A DNA stretch of 64,000 nt from Octopus vulgaris (taxonomy: Eukaryota): positions 69,688,001 to 69,752,000 of the forward strand of contig OX597814.1 in NCBI GenBank assembly GCA_951406725.2. The letters run 5' to 3'. Of this stretch, positions 59,961 through 64,000 are shown piece after piece. Both the position numbers and the translations under genes were made by a program. The notes below the pieces were generated by a model. That model did no database searches and was not told where the DNA came from. It worked only from the letters and a program-made list of their open reading frames with translations. Position 1 is the first letter of the stretch; every line of letters begins with the position of its first letter.

Positions 59961-62408
59961 AAAAACAATAAATTATAAACAATAAAAAACAAAAAATTAT
60001 AAAAACAATGAAATATAAGGAAGTTAATCTAATATAAAAGACGCAATTACAAGAAATGAAAAAGGAATAAAGTTGCTTGTTGCAGGAGGTGTAGAGGCAG
60101 TCACTAAGAGGAGGGGGTTGTGTTAAGCCCATGCAGGATATCAGTCTGTAAATTGAAGATATAGCGCTGTTCCAAGTGAAGCCTGGATTGTGGCGATCCA
60201 TTGTGTAGAGCAAGGCCAAAGACAGAGATGTTAGACGAGGAATGGTTGGCCAAGCAGAAGTGACGGGCGACGGGAGTGTTGGAACGTAGCCGAACATCCC
60301 TTAGATGTTCAGTGAACTGGTCGTCCAGTCGGCGGCCCATCTGACCTACATAAAGCATCCCACAGAGGTTACATTTAATGCAGTAGATGAGGCTAGAAGA
60401 AGTGCAAGTGAAGGAATGTCTAATAAACACAGCTTGTTGATTAGAACCAGTGATAGAAGTGGTGTTGGTGATGAAGGGGCAGGTGTTGCAGTGGAATCTG
60501 GGGCACAGGAAGGATCAATGTGTGGCTGAGGGGGAAAAAGAGAAGGTGCTACGGACCAAGAGATCGCATAGGTTCCGGGCTTGTTTGAAGGAGGACAAGG
60601 GTGAGTCGGGGAAAATGGGGTGGGTGGTGGGATCAAGCTGGAGATGACGGAAGGTCCGTAGTATCCTCCAACGAAGGGGTAGAGTGGAGGGGTGGAAAAG
60701 GAGGGGAAAGGGGGTGCAGTTAGGGGGTTGGTGAGAGGAAGGAGAAAGGGCAGTGGTGTGGTCGATTTGACGAGAGCGAGCAAGGGCGTTCTGGACCAGG
60801 GTTGGGGGGTATCCTCAATACCTGAACAGGCAGGCCAGGTACTGTGACTGGGTCTCAAAATCCTGGTCACGGCTGCACAAGCGTCGGAAGCAGAGGAACT
60901 GGGAGTAGGGGATGGCCCGTTTGGTGTGGAAGGGATGGGATGAGGAGTAGTTGAGGTAGAGGTGGGAATCCGTGGGTTTGAAGAAGGCGGAGGTGGTGAG
61001 AGAGTGGGAGGGGTGGTCAATGGTAAGAGAGATGTCGAGGAAGTTAACAGAGGTATCAGATATAGTAGAAGTGAATTGGAGAGAAGGGTGGAAGTTAGAG
61101 AGGAAAGAGATGAAGTGGCAGAGTTGTTTGCAGGAAAGGGAGATGGCACCTATACAGTCATCTATGTAGTGACCGTATAGCTCTGAGGTCGGCCCGGAGA
61201 ATTCTTGGGCCTCAATGTGGCCAACAAAGAGGTTGGCGAAATTGGGGCCCGTTATCATTCCCATCGCAACCCCAGACATCTGTTGGTAGGTTTCCCCGGC
61301 GAATGTAAAGCAGTTGAGGGTGAGGACGAGCTCTGCCAGGCGGAGATGGGTGGGGGTGCTGGGTGTGGGGTCAGGGCAACAGTCGAGGAAGTATTGGAGG
61401 GCTAAGAGACCATCATTGTGAGGAATCACAGTGTATAGAGATTTGATGTCCAAGGTGAAGTGGATGTGTGAGGGGCTGGAAGGGAAGGAAAAGGAATTGA
61501 AGAGACGAAGGGCGGGATTAGTGTCATGTATGTGGGATGGGAGAGCAGCTGCTAAAGGGGACAGGATGCAGTCAAGGTATTTGGAAATGAGTTCGGTGGA
61601 ACAATTACAGGCAGAAACGATGGGGCGGCCAGGGTTATCGGGTTTATGTATTTTGGGAAGGAAATAGATGGTGGAGATCCGGGTAGTTCGGATGATAAGG
61701 TTGCTGACGGTGGGGGGAGAGTGGAAGAGGAGATGAGGTCATGGATGGTGGAGGACACTCACTGTTGGTAGGAGGAGATGGGGTCGGAGGGGAGGAGGCG
61801 ATAGAAGAGGGGATTTTGAAGTTGGCCAAACACTTCCCTTCTGTATAGGTCTGCGCGCCACACCACCACTGCTCCGCCTTTGTCTGCTGGTTTGATGACA
61901 ATGTCGTTGCAGCGACAGAGGTTGCAAAGGGCAATCGATTCAGCACAGATGAGGTTGGTTCGGAGGGATCTTTTTTTGAAATTGAATTGGTTGACCAACG
62001 CATTGCAATCGTGCATGAACAAATCTAGGCTACTGAATTGGCCTGGAGGCGGCGTCCAGTTGGATGGGCGGTGCCCCAGCTCCGAAAAGCAATCCCGATT
62101 GTCATGACGTTGTGTGACGTGTGGAAAACGCGCATAGTTTGATGTGGCACAGGAACTGGCTGACATCGGTGCGGGTCTCAAATTCGTCACAGTGGAGTGT
62201 GAGAGGCATGAAGCGGAGTCCCCTACTGAGGAGAGAGCGCTTGGCAGCAGAGAGGGGGAGGTTAGGTGGTATAGTGACAACAGTGCGAGGGAGCAGAGTG
62301 GTGGGGTGAGTGGGGTCAAGAAGAGGGGGTGCAGAGGTGTGGGGATGAGGGTTGGAATGGTTGGGTGAAGATGGGGTAGGGGTGGGAGAGTCAGGGTGGG
62401 CTGAGTAC

Positions 62409-62446
<38 letters not shown>

Positions 62447-62719
62447 ATATATATATGTACAGTTGTAGCCAAAATGTTCAGAACGGGCATTGTTTTCGTC
62501 AGAAAAGTAGGTATAAGTTTTTATCAAAGTTGTTTTATATTCTATAATTTTCACAGACAATAAATACGATATTATTTGTTATTGTCTGAGATTTTGGTGT
62601 AATTTGAGAGGATAATACAAAAGTTATGGATGATTTATTGATTTACTGCAAAACCCATTGCTCAACTAAAGGTGGTGCTCCAGCATGGCCACAGTCAAAT
62701 GACTGAAACAAGTAAAAGA

Positions 62720-62912
<193 letters not shown>

Positions 62913-63251
62913 TAAAAAATACAAAAATGGGACAAGAATGCAAAACATCCAGAGAGCTAGGTGATACAAAAAGAGACAACAAAACATCCAGAGAGATGAT
63001 ACAAAGAAAACAAGGATGGGTCAATCGAAGTTTTCTTTCCTCAGTCAAGCACCAGATTACCCTCACAATTTCGACTGATTATTCTTGAGATTGCTCCAAT
63101 CTAGCCAGCCCCAAAGAAAAACTAAGCTGAGAGCATTAGATTCCTTGGAAGAAAGCAGTGAATGTATACAAAATCAAGGACGGAAAAAACAGACAATGTT
63201 ACACAAATATAAATACAATTAAAAATACATTAAAAATAATAACAGGACATA

Positions 63252-63636
63252 GGCACAGGAGTGGCTATGTGGTAAGTAGCTTGCTTATGAACCACATGGT
63301 TCCGGGTTCAGTCCCACTGCATGGCATCTTAGCCAAGTGTCTTCTACTATAGCCTCGGGCTGACCAAAGCCTTGTGAGTGGATTTGGTATTCAGAAACTG
63401 AAAGAAGCCCATCGTGTATATGTATGTGTGTCTGTGTTTGTCCCCCCAACATCGCTTGACAACCGATGCTGGTGTGTTTACGTCCCCATAACATAGCGGT
63501 TCGGCAAAAGAGACCGATAGAATAAGTACTAGGCTTACAAAGAATAAGTCCTGGGGTCGATTTCCTTGACTAAAGGCGGTGCTCCAGCATGGTCACTGTC
63601 AAATGGTTGAAACAAGTAAAAGAGAGTAAAGAGTAA
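63252..63636 (+). mobile_element. tRNA-derived SINE family A, full length
   Basis: A-box tggctatgtgg, B-box ggttcagtccc, central (GT) tract, tail ...gaaacaagtaaaagag. 3' fragments at about 8145-8245 and 62660-62720. Confidence 0.8.
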
Positions 63637-64000
63637 ATAACAGGACATAACAACAATTGTCTTTTGACTCTGGATGAATTGAATTAAGCTGGCGTGTGTG
63701 TAAATGAAGCCTTACAGCAGAGATACAAAAATTTCACAAACACAGGGAAGAATATGGATGTTGCACGGACAATGATAAGACCATGAAAGAAAGAATAGGC
63801 TTGGCCAAGGCGGTCACGTGAGAAGAGAAGAGACAGAAGTAGAAGCAGAGGGACAGAGGAATTAAGGAGGGGCGAAAAAAAGGACACAGTGAAGTGAAAA
63901 GTGGAGGGAAAGTGAGTAAGAAAAGAAGGCAAAGAAATGTGAGAGAGGGGGAACAAGAGAATGAAGAATGGAATGAATGAATATGTGTGAAAGGATGGAG

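Larger units (their letters stand above)
58803..62405 (-). mobile_element. Near-full-length GC-rich Penelope-like element (RT, GIY-YIG, (CA)-rich 3' region, hammerhead), frameshifted
   Basis: IVIKPADKGGAVVVW, MDIKSLYTVIPH, GVAMG, YIDD, FLDI, KPTDSH.YL, and FTCTSSSLIYCIKCNLCGMLYVGQMGRRL..FTEHLR. Confidence 0.92.

Noticed and set aside
58354-60000. Many YI-, CV- and HT-rich ORFs (also near 3800-4700, 12400-12740, 15450-15930 and 62640-63090)
   Set aside because: Translations of (TA)n, (GT)n and (CA)n tracts.
60346-61149. 267-aa Pro/Ser/Thr-rich ORF
   Set aside because: Alternative frame of the C-rich PLE RT coding strand.
62465-62505. CTGACGA...GAAC hammerhead-like string on the minus strand
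   Set aside because: GAAA and the stem III/NUH arrangement are missing and the stems are poor.
63252-63325. tRNA gene
   Set aside because: A and B boxes are present but I could not form a complete cloverleaf, and the sequence continues into a multi-copy SINE body and tail.

Overview
AT-rich, repeat-dense animal genomic DNA, most likely an octopus or other coleoid cephalopod (inferred from recognised RTE LINE and tRNA-SINE families, not proven). The only host gene I can support is an axonemal outer-arm beta-type dynein heavy chain (DNAH9/11/17 class) on the minus strand. Six GT-AG exons between 45318 and 24291 splice into a continuous 327-codon frame of the N-terminal tail region. I found no further exons, so the whole window is probably inside this gene. 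The rest is nested transposon material: about 13 RTE LINE fragments, about 10 Penelope-like element (PLE) fragments, a near-complete pogo/Passer-type DNA transposon, piggyBac, mariner-like, Gypsy, Helitron-type and L1/Tx1-like remnants, tRNA-derived SINEs and microsatellites. The most striking unannotated signal is 11 type-I hammerhead ribozyme motifs plus 2 half motifs, mostly at PLE 3' ends. They include compensated U3-A8 cores, U4C cores and very long stem II inserts, and their palindromic stem III is repeatedly broken at CpG sites. Most lie in the sense orientation of the presumed dynein pre-mRNA. All calls are by eye, and repeat boundaries are approximate unless a terminal motif is quoted.
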